IMG/VR virus record: IMGVR_UViG_3300008267_000043
Coordinates: 1-63,096 of that record
Strand: one strand, 5' to 3'
DNA from: a virus
Lineage: Duplodnaviria; Caudoviricetes
Length of the DNA stretch: 63,096 bases
Shown: positions 1 through 9,302 of the stretch, in pieces
Layout: each line of letters opens with the position of its first letter
How positions within the stretch are numbered: the first letter of the stretch is position 1
The notes under the pieces: model-generated
What the model was told of the DNA's origin: nothing
What the model saw: the letters and a program-made list of their open reading frames with translations, nothing else
The model's database searches: none
Made by a program: the position numbers and the translations under genes

Positions 1-61
1 TTGACCCGGATCAGCTTTCTAAACATCTTGTGGAAGTACGTGATAGCAAGGCAAAACTTCT
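1..61. repeat. Terminal overlap, identical to 63036..63096 (circular assembly)
   Basis: Exact 61-nt identity between the two window ends; the polA frame is continuous across the join. Confidence 0.95.
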
Positions 62-1301
62 TGAGGCCGCCGGGGCCAACCTTGAGAATCTCATGTCCAA
101 CAACAAGTTTGCAGAACTGCTCAAGGGCTTGGGGGTTGAGCCGCCAACCAAGATCAGCCCCACAACGGGTAAAGAGACGCTTGCACTGGCTAAGAGCGAC
201 GAGGGATTCAAGGCTTTGGCTGAACATCCTGACGTGCGTGTACAAACGCTGGTAGCCGCACGGCTTGGCAACAAGACCACGCTGGAGGAAACGCGAACCG
301 AACGGTTGATTGGGATTGCGGGGCGAGGACTGATACCTGTTCCCCTCTCTTACTACGCCGCCCACACAGGACGGTGGGGTGGTGCAGACAAACTGAACTT
401 CCAAAACTTCCCGTCACGTGGTGAGAACGCAGGCAAGCTCAAGAGCGCCATCCTTGCACCCGAGGGGCACGTCATCATTGACTGTGACTCATCCCAAATT
501 GAAGCGCGGGTGCTGGCATGGTTTGCAGGTCAGGAAGACTTGATTGAAGTCTTTGAAAAGAACAACGCTGAGATTGCGGCAGGGGTGAAGAAGAAAGACA
601 TGAAGTTTGACCCCTACAAACTTATGGCGGCACAAATCTACAACAAGTCGGTTGAAGAAGTTTTAGACACCAAGGAAAATCCTGAACGGTTTGTGGGCAA
701 GACCACGATTCTTGGGGCAGGGTACGGCATGGGTGCGGCAAAGTTTCAAGCTCAACTCAAGGCTTTTAACACAACTATTTCCCTTGAGGAAGCCGCCCAC
801 ATCATAAAGGTGTACCGTGATACATACCCGTGGATACCCGCAGTTTGGAAGTCAGGTGGGCTGGCCATCGAAGCCATGTCCAAGGGACGTACTGCCACGT
901 GGGGCAACGGTGTGGTGCAGATTGGTGCAGATGGCATCCTCATGCCCAACGGCATGTACCAACGGTACCCAAACCTCAAAAAAGTTTTAGACAAAGACGG
1001 CAAACAGCAGTATATTTACGACTCCCGCAAGGGAGCCGTGAAGTTGTACGGAGGCAAGTTGACAGAGAACATTTGTCAGGGCTTGGCACGTATCATCATT
1101 GGCGAACAGATGTTGAAGATTGCCAAGAGATACCGTGTCGTGCTTACTGTTCACGATGCTGTGGCATGTGTTGCGCCAAAAGAAGAAGCCGAAGAAGCAA
1201 TGGCGTTCGTGATGGACTGTATGCGACAAGTGCCTGAGTGGGCAAAGGGTATTCCGCTGAACTGTGAGGCGGGGTATGGAGAGAACTACGGAGACTGTTG
1301 A
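1..1301 (+). CDS. polA: DNA polymerase family A, C-terminal part (gene begins at 62462; ~624 aa in total)
   Basis: Motif A DSSQIEARV, motif B RFVGKTTILGAGYG, motif C TVHD, and HTGRW..NFQN. Confidence 0.95.
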   Translation, partial: DPDQLSKHLVEVRDSKAKLLEAAGANLENLMSNNKFAELLKGLGVEPPTKISPTTGKETLALAKSDEGFKALAEHPDVRVQTLVAARLGNKTTLEETRTERLIGIAGRGLIPVPLSYYAAHTGRWGGADKLNFQNFPSRGENAGKLKSAILAPEGHVIIDCDSSQIEARVLAWFAGQEDLIEVFEKNNAEIAAGVKKKDMKFDPYKLMAAQIYNKSVEEVLDTKENPERFVGKTTILGAGYGMGAAKFQAQLKAFNTTISLEEAAHIIKVYRDTYPWIPAVWKSGGLAIEAMSKGRTATWGNGVVQIGADGILMPNGMYQRYPNLKKVLDKDGKQQYIYDSRKGAVKLYGGKLTENICQGLARIIIGEQMLKIAKRYRVVLTVHDAVACVAPKEEAEEAMAFVMDCMRQVPEWAKGIPLNCEAGYGENYGDC

Positions 1302-1310
1302 AAGCGTTTA

Positions 1311-1997
1311 ATGACAAAAGCACCTGCATGGAGTTACTCCAGCATCACGATGTTTGACCAGTGCCCCAAGAAGTACTACCACCTGCGTGTGGTCAAGGAT
1401 ATCAAGGAGCCTGAAAGCGATGCCATGATGTACGGCAAAGACCTGCACTTGGCGGCTGAGAACTACGTCCATGCGGGTACGCCAATCCCTGAGAAGTATG
1501 CGTACATCATCCCAATGCTGGACAAGCTCAAATCCATATCTGGTGAGAAGTTGGTGGAGCAGAAAATGGGGTTGAAGAAGGTGGACGGGCGGCTTGTACC
1601 CTGCGACTTCTTTGACAAGGAAGTTTGGTATCGGGGCGTGGCTGACTTGCTCATCATTGACCGTGAGAAGGGCGAAGCCCGTGTGGTGGACTACAAGACA
1701 GGCAAGAACGCAAAGTATGCTGATTTGAAACAGCTCGCTCTTATGTCAGCTTGTGTGTTCTTGCACTTCCCTGAAATTACCAAAGTAAAATCTGGACTGC
1801 TTTTTGTGGTGTCCAAAGAATTCATCAAGATGGATTACAAGGCTGAGACTGGCCTCAACATCTTTTCAGAACTTGATGGCACACTGGTGGCTCGTGATAC
1901 AGCGTACAGCACAGGTGTGTTCAACCCCAAGAAGAATTTCTCTTGTAAAGCATGGTGCCCAGTGGTAGATTGTCATCACAATGGAAGGAACGTGTAA
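1311..1997 (+). CDS. PD-(D/E)XK Cas4/RecB-like exonuclease
   Basis: WSYSS..CPKKY, GVADLL, VDYKTG, QL..Y-like helix and a C-terminal CxxC cluster. Confidence 0.85.
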   Translation: MTKAPAWSYSSITMFDQCPKKYYHLRVVKDIKEPESDAMMYGKDLHLAAENYVHAGTPIPEKYAYIIPMLDKLKSISGEKLVEQKMGLKKVDGRLVPCDFFDKEVWYRGVADLLIIDREKGEARVVDYKTGKNAKYADLKQLALMSACVFLHFPEITKVKSGLLFVVSKEFIKMDYKAETGLNIFSELDGTLVARDTAYSTGVFNPKKNFSCKAWCPVVDCHHNGRNV

Positions 1998-2317
1998 TGC
2001 CGTATAAGAACAAAGCAGACCGCAACCCCAAGCGTGAATGGGAAGTAGAAAAGAAACGTGCCGGAGCGCATGAAGCCCGTATGGAGCGTCAACGTGCGCG
2101 TAGAGCCTTGGACAAGAAAATGCCTGACCGCAATGGCAATGGTGAAGCAGACGTACGTGAAGGCAAAGACGTTTCACATCGTGTTGCGTTGAGCAAGGGC
2201 GGCAGTAACAAGCAGGGGGTGACGCTTCAATCACCCTCAGCAAACAGATCATTTAAGCGCGGTGCGAACCACAAGGTGGTGTCAGAAACAAGCACCAAGG
2301 AGCGCAAAAAGAAGTAA
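1997..2317 (+). CDS. HNH-like endonuclease
   Basis: ATG overlaps the upstream stop; GKDVSH..LSKGGSN...ANRS resembles the HNH motif. Confidence 0.6.
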   Translation: MPYKNKADRNPKREWEVEKKRAGAHEARMERQRARRALDKKMPDRNGNGEADVREGKDVSHRVALSKGGSNKQGVTLQSPSANRSFKRGANHKVVSETSTKERKKK

Positions 2318-2520
2318 TCTTGCATAGTGCCGCAGAAGTAAGGTGTGAGTGATAAGCGGCACGGGTGGAGTTTTTTGATTTTCTCCCCCTCATGAAGAAT
2401 AACCACACCAGTCAGCACGGTGCACCCCCCTTTCACACTGGGAACTGACCGTCCCACCCACGATACGGGTGACCTACCCTCCAGACAGCATGTTTGGAGT
2501 GCAACGATATTGGAGAGTAA

Positions 2521-4068
2521 ATGGAGATCATCGACAACAGGGCAGTGCTACTCAAGGTACGTGACCCAGACCGTATCACCACAGTGATACCAAAGAGCAA
2601 AGTCATTGAGGACGATGGCACGACAGCGAGTGTGCTTGTCAACTGGGGGCTGGAAGAAACGATTGTCTTGAAGAACCTCAAGATCACAGTGCCGTCACCC
2701 ATCAACGGCGCATACAAATGGCCGGGTTTATTCAAGCCGTTTGACCACCAGAAAACAACTTCCTCGTTCCTCACCCTACACCGCAGGGCGTTTTGCTTCA
2801 ACGAACAGGGCACAGGAAAAACTGCCAGTGTGATTTGGGCGGCTGACTACCTGATTACTCACGGCTTCGTCAAACGTGTGCTGGTCATCTGCCCACTGTC
2901 CATCATGGATTCAGCATGGCGTAATGACTTGTTCAAATTTGCTATGCACCGCAGGGTGGATGTGGCGTACGGCAAGCCAGAGAAACGCAGGGAGATCATT
3001 GGGGGTGACGCTGAGTTTGTGGTCATCAACTATGACGGTGTGGAGATCGTGTCGGAGGCCGTTGCCAACGGTGGCTTTGATTTGATTGTGATTGACGAGG
3101 CCAACGCATACAAGAACCCACAGACCAAACGCTGGAAAGTTTTGAACAAGCTCGTCACACCAAGCACGTGGTTGTGGATGCTCACGGGCACACCTGCCTC
3201 ACAGTCCCCCGTAGATGCGTATGGCATCGCCAAGCTGGTGAACCCTGATGGCGTACCAAGATTCTTTGGTGGCTTTCGAGATCAGGTCATGAACAAGGTC
3301 ACGCAGTTCAAGTGGGTGCCCAAACCAGACGCGAACAGTACAGTGTTCCGTGCCCTCCAACCTGCAATACGTTACACGAAGGAACAGTGTCTCGACCTAC
3401 CGGAGATGACGTATGTTGTGCGAGATGTGCCCTTGAGCCCACAGCAGGAGAAATACTATGAGTTGCTACGTAGGCAACTGATTGTCCAAGCGGCAGGAGA
3501 GGAGATCACCACAGTCAATGCGGCGGCAAACCTGAACAAGCTCTTGCAGTTATCAGGCGGCGCAGTGTATTCAGACACAGGTGAAGTAGTTCAGTTTGAC
3601 GCAAGCAACCGATTGGCGGTGTTGCGTGAGGTAGTGGAGGAGTCAAGCCACAAGGTCTTGGTGTTTGTTCCGTACAGACATGCCATTGAAGTTGTGGCTG
3701 AGGATTTGAAGAAGCATGGCTACGCAACGGCAACCATCCACGGGGGTGTGCCAGCGGGTAAACGCTCGGAAATTTTTGAGAGGTTCCAAACGACCAACAG
3801 CCCACAAGTGCTGGTCATTCAGCCGCAAGCGGCGTCACATGGGGTCACGCTCCATGCCGCCAACACGATTGTTTATTGGAGCCCAGTAATGTCCGTAGAG
3901 ACATATTTGCAATGCAATGCACGGGTGCACAGGGCAGGACAAAAGAACCCAACCACCGTTGTGCACTTACAAGGAAGTGGTGTCGAGAAACGAATGTATT
4001 CCATGCTTAACAACAAGGTTGACATTCACCACAAGATCATCGACCTATACGGGGAAATACTGAGATGA
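2521..4068 (+). CDS. SNF2-family (SF2) helicase
   Basis: EQGTGKT, DEA, LTGTP, HGVTL and ARVHRAGQ motifs. Confidence 0.9.
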   Translation: MEIIDNRAVLLKVRDPDRITTVIPKSKVIEDDGTTASVLVNWGLEETIVLKNLKITVPSPINGAYKWPGLFKPFDHQKTTSSFLTLHRRAFCFNEQGTGKTASVIWAADYLITHGFVKRVLVICPLSIMDSAWRNDLFKFAMHRRVDVAYGKPEKRREIIGGDAEFVVINYDGVEIVSEAVANGGFDLIVIDEANAYKNPQTKRWKVLNKLVTPSTWLWMLTGTPASQSPVDAYGIAKLVNPDGVPRFFGGFRDQVMNKVTQFKWVPKPDANSTVFRALQPAIRYTKEQCLDLPEMTYVVRDVPLSPQQEKYYELLRRQLIVQAAGEEITTVNAAANLNKLLQLSGGAVYSDTGEVVQFDASNRLAVLREVVEESSHKVLVFVPYRHAIEVVAEDLKKHGYATATIHGGVPAGKRSEIFERFQTTNSPQVLVIQPQAASHGVTLHAANTIVYWSPVMSVETYLQCNARVHRAGQKNPTTVVHLQGSGVEKRMYSMLNNKVDIHHKIIDLYGEILR

Positions 4069-4074
4069 CAACTC

Positions 4075-4102
4075 TTGACATTGTAAAATTTAGCTGTATC
4101 AT
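4075..4102 (+). promoter_or_regulatory. Sigma70-like promoter
   Basis: TTGACA-16 nt-TATCAT upstream of the RBS of the gene at 4131. Confidence 0.6.
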
Positions 4103-4130
4103 CACCTCATAAAAGCAAAAGGAGAGAGCA

Positions 4131-4538
4131 ATGACCGAAGAAGTATCGGTAGATAAACTCGTCGCCGTCTACATCAAGATGCGCGACAAAAGGTCTGAAC
4201 TTTTAAAAGAGTATGAGACCGCAGATAGTGGTGTCAAAGAACAGATGGAAGTTGTGGAGGGCAAGTTGCTTGACCTGTGCAAAACCATCGGCGCTGACAA
4301 CATTAAAACCAAGCACGGTACTGTGATTCGTGGTGTCAAAACCCGTTACTGGACAAGTGATTGGGCATCCATGCACAAATTCGTTTTGGAACATCAAATG
4401 CCTGACCTTCTGGAAAAGCGTGTGAGCCAGTCCACCATGAAACAACTGCTGGATGAAAACCCCGACATGATGCCGCCCGGCATGAATGTCGATTCAAAGT
4501 ACTCAGTGACTATAAGGAGAAACGCAAGTGGAAACTGA
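4131..4538 (+). CDS. Hypothetical replication-module protein (N-terminal coiled coil)
   Basis: 135-aa ORF with a strong RBS (AAGGAG). Confidence 0.75.
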   Translation: MTEEVSVDKLVAVYIKMRDKRSELLKEYETADSGVKEQMEVVEGKLLDLCKTIGADNIKTKHGTVIRGVKTRYWTSDWASMHKFVLEHQMPDLLEKRVSQSTMKQLLDENPDMMPPGMNVDSKYSVTIRRNASGN

Positions 4539-4713
4539 AACCCTGACCGTGCAGGAGGTGGCAAATTATTTGCGTGTCTCCCGTCAAACGGTATACGTGA
4601 TGATTCGTGCGGGTCAAATCCCGCATTTCAAAGTGGGCACAAAGGTACGTATCAAACGTGCTGACCTTGAAGCCATGACCAACACCAAACCACAGGAGAA
4701 ACCAAATGAGTGA
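4528..4713 (+). CDS. Excisionase/MerR-type HTH DNA-binding protein
   Basis: LTVQEVANYLRVSRQTVYVMIRAGQIP fits the HTH_17 pattern. Confidence 0.8.
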   Translation: METETLTVQEVANYLRVSRQTVYVMIRAGQIPHFKVGTKVRIKRADLEAMTNTKPQEKPNE

Positions 4714-4840
4714 TGAAGAACTGCGGTTAAACGCCATGCAATTAGCTATTAGAGCTTTTCAAGACACCGCTTTTGACGATGGTGACCTTGTGAAACTGGC
4801 AAAACAAATTTACAAATTTATCAAAGGAGAAACCAAATGA
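4706..4840 (+). CDS. Small hypothetical protein (44 aa, MSDEELRLNAMQ...)
   Basis: Translated by hand; AGGAG RBS; overlaps both neighbours; flanked by a 20-bp direct repeat. Confidence 0.6.
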   Translation: MSDEELRLNAMQLAIRAFQDTAFDDGDLVKLAKQIYKFIKGETK

Positions 4841-5715
4841 GTGAAATGACCCTGTTTTCTAAAGGTGGCAATACCCTTCCCGCGCACCTGCGCAACCTTG
4901 AGCTTGATGAAACCACGAAAGCCCTGATGGGTTCTGGCGGCGGTGGCGGCAAGCGTATCTCAATCAAAGGCGGCGTGTTCCGCATGATCGTTGACGGTAA
5001 AGAAATTGCACAGAATGAAGACCGTGCAATGAACATCGTTATCGTTGCGGCCAACGCCCATGTATCCCGTAGCTACTATGCAGAAACTTATGTTGAAGGA
5101 CAAATCCTCGCCCCTACTTGCTGGTCAAACGATGGAGTCTCCCCAGACACCAAAGTCAGCGAACCACAATCAGGTAAATGTGCTTCCTGCCCACAAAACA
5201 TCGCAGGCTCTGCTGAACAGGGCAAAGGTCGTGCTTGCCGTTTCAGCCAACGACTGGCAGTTACCCTTGAGAACGATCTCAAAGGTGACGTGTACCAACT
5301 GACCCTCCCTGCGCAGTCAATTTTTGGCAACGTTGAGAACGGCAAGATGCCCTTGCAGGCTTACGCTAAGTTCTTGGGCAGTCATGGTTTGCCAATCACA
5401 GCCATCGTGACCGAGATGCGTTTCGATACCGCAAGCGCAACACCCAAGCTGACGTTCAAAGCCGTGCGTCCTTTGGAAGCGGATGAGATGGCACTGGCAC
5501 AAGAAAAAGGCCAGTCAGCAGAAGCCAAGACTGCCATCGCCAACAACCCTGCAACCTTGGATGGCGCAAAGCCCAAGGCCGTAGCCCCACCTGCCCCCAA
5601 AGCAGAGGCAGAAGAATCAGAAGCGCCTGAAGCGCCAGCGGCTGAGCCAACCAAACGAGCCAAGAAAGCCGCACCCAAAGATGTGGCCGACATTCTGGAC
5701 GACTGGGCAGAGTAA
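4837..5715 (+). CDS. Putative single-stranded DNA-binding protein
   Basis: Position in the replication module, Cys cluster, Ala/Pro linker and acidic-aromatic C-terminus DILDDWAE. Confidence 0.6.
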   Translation: MSEMTLFSKGGNTLPAHLRNLELDETTKALMGSGGGGGKRISIKGGVFRMIVDGKEIAQNEDRAMNIVIVAANAHVSRSYYAETYVEGQILAPTCWSNDGVSPDTKVSEPQSGKCASCPQNIAGSAEQGKGRACRFSQRLAVTLENDLKGDVYQLTLPAQSIFGNVENGKMPLQAYAKFLGSHGLPITAIVTEMRFDTASATPKLTFKAVRPLEADEMALAQEKGQSAEAKTAIANNPATLDGAKPKAVAPPAPKAEAEESEAPEAPAAEPTKRAKKAAPKDVADILDDWAE

Positions 5716-5722
5716 GGAGTTC

Positions 5723-5848
5723 GGGAGGGGTTGTGCGCTCGTTGGGGCAACCCGGGTTTAGCTTGATCGCCAACCTTGCCAGAAGCGGGAAGCCGTGATG
5801 ACCGGAAACTTCACGGTAGCAAGACGGTAGTAAACCACAACTCCTCCC
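5723..5848 (+). ncRNA. Candidate structured intergenic RNA
   Basis: 13-bp closing stem (5723-5735/5836-5848, one G-U pair) enclosing three further stems. Confidence 0.35.
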
Positions 5849-5858
5849 ACCTAACACT

Positions 5859-6104
5859 ATGAACAACAGAGGCTATTCAAAGAAATTTGCCACGTCAAAC
5901 AGGCAAGCCGATCAGTCACATGTTGGTGTGCGGTTAGGGCGTGTTTGCATTGACAAGGATATCCCCGTACCGCACGTTGCTGAGTACCTTGGGGTTTCAC
6001 GACAGGCCGTGTATATGTGGTTTTTGGGCAGAGCCACGCCCCACCCAGATATGCGCTTGAAGATCATTGAGATCACCAAAAAACTTAAAGAAACCCAAAC
6101 CTGA
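5859..6104 (+). CDS. Cro/CI-like HTH protein
   Basis: VPHVAEYLGVSRQAVYMWFLG helix-turn-helix. Confidence 0.7.
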   Translation: MNNRGYSKKFATSNRQADQSHVGVRLGRVCIDKDIPVPHVAEYLGVSRQAVYMWFLGRATPHPDMRLKIIEITKKLKETQT

Positions 6105-6149
6105 CCATTGCCTGTCGCCAGCAGGTAATGTTCATCACCAGAGCGAATA

Positions 6150-9023
6150 ATGACATCACGGATTCCCTTTCTTTCCGCAGTACTTGCCGACGACGGCATT
6201 TATTGTGTGGTTGGGTTGAAGAAAGGTGCACCAAAACAAACGTTTGTAGAGACAGTTGAAGAAATTGATGGGGTAGTGGATGGGTTGATTGCACAGGGGT
6301 ACGATGCGTACTTCGGATGTGCCAAATATCTGAACGCCAATGAAGGGCGTACAGCACAAAACGCAAAATGGTTCAAGGCTTTCTGGCTTGACCTTGATTG
6401 CGGAGAATCAAAACCATACGCCACCCAAGCAGAAGCAATCGACGCACTACGGCAGTTTGTAAAGGACACTGGACTTCCAAGACCCATACTGGTCAACTCA
6501 GGGCGCGGTATACACGTGTACTGGGCATTGACCGAAGCAATCTTCTACAACGACTGGAAGCCAACAGCCGAAGCGTTCAAGAAGTTCTGTTCGGCATACA
6601 ACCTACATGCTGACCCAGCCGTTACTGCGGATGCGGCACGGATACTTCGTATCCCTGAAACCTTGAATTACAAGGACAGCCCTCCCAAGCCGGTGGATGT
6701 ACTGGTCACGTCACAACCTGTTGCATTTGAAAAGTTCCAAGCGATCATCGGTGCAGGTACTGAGGAAGTAGACCCAGCCCTGCCATTTGCCGCACCTGTA
6801 CACCGCCAGCCAATAGATGCCACCACCCGCGCCTTGATGGGCAACAGTGTGTCAAGGTTTGGCACGATCATGCGCAAAAGCGCAGATGGCAAAGGGTGCG
6901 CACAGCTTGTGCATATCTATCGCAACCAGAGCGAAATTGAAGAGCCTCTGTGGAGAGCTGGTCTTTCCATCGCGGCAAACTGTGAAGATGGTGAATTGGC
7001 CATCCACAAAATTTCTCATGCTCATGAGGAGTATGACCCCAGAGACACCAAGCAGAAGGCAGATGCCCTGATTGGCAAGCCCTACAAATGCGCAACGTTT
7101 TCTGGACTGAACCCAGAGTTGTGTGCTGACTGCCCCAACAAAGGCAAGATTACTTCACCAATTCAGATTGGTGCACAGATTGCGGCGGCTACCGCAGAAG
7201 ACAACATTGTGGTGATGCGCAACGCCACGCTTGAGGAAGAAATCACAGTTGAAATCCCCTCATACCCGTTCCCATATTTCCGTGGCAAGAACGGTGGCGT
7301 GTACCGCAAGGGCATCCCCTCAGACAAACCAAAGAAAAAAGATGATGAGGATGACGACGAAGACCGCGACATTCTTGTATATGAGTATGACTTCTACGTG
7401 GTCAAACGTTTGACCGACCCTGATGCTGGTGAGTCGCTTTGGATGCGCTTGCATATGCCCAAGGACGGCATACGTGAATTCTCTGCGCCACTGGCGAGTG
7501 TGCTGTCCAAGGATAAATTCCGTGAGGTGCTGGCATATCAGGGCGTGACTGCGTACAACAAAAAACTGGACAACATCATGGCGTATGTAACTAGGTGGGT
7601 GAGCGAATTGCAACAAGTATCTGAGGCTGAAAAGGCACGGCAACAATTTGGCTGGTGTGACAACGACACCAAGTTCATCGTGGGCAACCGTGAGATCACG
7701 GCGGCGGGTGTCAATTACAGCCCGTCATCAACGGCAACTGCCGAGCTGTCCACCATGTACCAGAAAAAGGGCAGTGTCAGCGAGTGGTCAAAAGTGGCCA
7801 ACAACTACGCCAAGAAAGGCAATGAGGTTCGGGCGTTCACCCTGTTTGCAGGGTTCGGGTCTGCACTGTTCAAGTTCACCAAACTCAGCGGCGCAATCAT
7901 CCACCTGACCAACAACGGTTCTGGTGTGGGTAAGACGACCATCCAGTACATGGTCAACAGCATCTGGGGGCGTCCAGTGGAGACCCTGCTGAATCAGGAG
8001 GACAAGTATCTGGCACGGATGCACCGTGTGTCTGTGCTTGGCAACCTGCCAGCAACCATTGACGAGTTGACCAACATGGCTGATGAAGAAGTCAGCAACA
8101 TGGCGTACAGCATTACGCACGGGCGGGGGCGCAACCGTATGCAATCCCAAACCAATGCTGAGCGGAGCAACACCCTGCGCTGGGCGTTGATCGCAATTAC
8201 ATCAGGTAACAAGAGCTTATACGACCAGTTATTCAACCTCAAGGACTTTCCAGAGGGTGAACTGATGCGGATACTGGAGTTCAACGTCTCCAAGAACGAC
8301 AGCATGTCCAAGGCTGAGTCTGACGAAGCGTTCAACGGCATGTACGAAAACTATGGCGTAGCTGGTGACGTGTTCATGCGTTACGTGCTGACAAACTTGC
8401 CAGAGGTCATCAACATGCTGGGCAAAATCCAGCGTAAGTTTGACAAGGCGGCAGGGATTACACAGCGTGAGCGGTTCTGGTCTGCCACAGCCGCATGTGC
8501 GATTACCGCAGGGCTCATCACCAAGAAACTGGGTCTGCACGACATTGACGTGGCCGAGGTTTACAACTGGGCGGTCAAGACGATTGGCTCCATGCGTGTT
8601 GAGGTACGTCCCGGTGTGGCTGGCCCTCTTGCCCAACTGGGCCTGTTCTTGAACGCCCACAACAACAATATGTTGATTGTGAAAAGCACGTCCGACAAAC
8701 GCTCAGGACTGTTTGAAACGCCAGTGCGGGAACCCCGTGGGGAACTGATTACTCGGTTTGAACCAGACACCAAGCACCTGTTCATCAGCGTCAAGGCACT
8801 GCGGGAGTGGTGCAGTGAGAACCAAGTGTCCTACAAAGCGTTGACGGATGACCTTCACAGCATGGGTGCCGGATTGGGCGTAATGAAGAAGTCCATGTCT
8901 CGGGGCTCTGATATGTCCACACCAGCAGTGAGTGCACTGGTCGTTGATTGCGCAAAAGCAACAGTGCTTGACCCCGAAGATAGTGCGCCATTACCTTCAC
9001 CATCTGATGACGATTTACAATAG
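6150..9023 (+). CDS. Primase-helicase (RepB/AEP-like primase + DUF927-like + P-loop domain)
   Basis: WLDLD, NSGRGIHVYW, RILRIP, Cys cluster, Walker A GSGVGKT and IDE. Confidence 0.85.
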   Translation: MTSRIPFLSAVLADDGIYCVVGLKKGAPKQTFVETVEEIDGVVDGLIAQGYDAYFGCAKYLNANEGRTAQNAKWFKAFWLDLDCGESKPYATQAEAIDALRQFVKDTGLPRPILVNSGRGIHVYWALTEAIFYNDWKPTAEAFKKFCSAYNLHADPAVTADAARILRIPETLNYKDSPPKPVDVLVTSQPVAFEKFQAIIGAGTEEVDPALPFAAPVHRQPIDATTRALMGNSVSRFGTIMRKSADGKGCAQLVHIYRNQSEIEEPLWRAGLSIAANCEDGELAIHKISHAHEEYDPRDTKQKADALIGKPYKCATFSGLNPELCADCPNKGKITSPIQIGAQIAAATAEDNIVVMRNATLEEEITVEIPSYPFPYFRGKNGGVYRKGIPSDKPKKKDDEDDDEDRDILVYEYDFYVVKRLTDPDAGESLWMRLHMPKDGIREFSAPLASVLSKDKFREVLAYQGVTAYNKKLDNIMAYVTRWVSELQQVSEAEKARQQFGWCDNDTKFIVGNREITAAGVNYSPSSTATAELSTMYQKKGSVSEWSKVANNYAKKGNEVRAFTLFAGFGSALFKFTKLSGAIIHLTNNGSGVGKTTIQYMVNSIWGRPVETLLNQEDKYLARMHRVSVLGNLPATIDELTNMADEEVSNMAYSITHGRGRNRMQSQTNAERSNTLRWALIAITSGNKSLYDQLFNLKDFPEGELMRILEFNVSKNDSMSKAESDEAFNGMYENYGVAGDVFMRYVLTNLPEVINMLGKIQRKFDKAAGITQRERFWSATAACAITAGLITKKLGLHDIDVAEVYNWAVKTIGSMRVEVRPGVAGPLAQLGLFLNAHNNNMLIVKSTSDKRSGLFETPVREPRGELITRFEPDTKHLFISVKALREWCSENQVSYKALTDDLHSMGAGLGVMKKSMSRGSDMSTPAVSALVVDCAKATVLDPEDSAPLPSPSDDDLQ

Positions 9024-9210
9024 CGGTGTGCCAGTAGTTATTGAATGGCACAAGTTTATAGTGGGAAGCTCTTTTTATATCCCAACGCTAACACCTGACA
9101 CGTTGGCAAAGGATATACAAAGGGCGGCTCACGCAAGAAACATGAAAATCAAGTTTCGTTTTTGTCTAGAGCGTGATACGCAAGGTGTGAGGTTCTGGCG
9201 GGTAAATTGA
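9007..9210 (+). CDS. Small hypothetical protein
   Basis: GSSFYIP...GVRFWRV; last gene of the + arm. Confidence 0.6.
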   Translation: MTIYNSGVPVVIEWHKFIVGSSFYIPTLTPDTLAKDIQRAAHARNMKIKFRFCLERDTQGVRFWRVN

Positions 9211-9271
9211 TCTTGTGCTAGAGTTCGCCTAGCAACTGATCTCCTCTCTCCTTTGCGTTGCTACTCCTAGA

Positions 9272-9300
9272 CCCCCCGGCTAAACACCGGGGGTTTTTTT
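9272..9300 (+). terminator. Rho-independent terminator at the convergence of the two arms
   Basis: CCCCCGG-loop-CCGGGGG followed by T7. Confidence 0.8.
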
Positions 9301-9302
9301 CG

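Noticed and set aside
4528-4713. Integration/excision module
   Set aside because: Only an Xis-like HTH is present; no tyrosine or serine recombinase or att site was recognised.
5793-5816. Hammerhead ribozyme (GTGATGA..GAAAC)
   Set aside because: The core reads GUGAUGA rather than CUGAUGA, and only 3 nt separate it from GAAA, so stem II cannot form.
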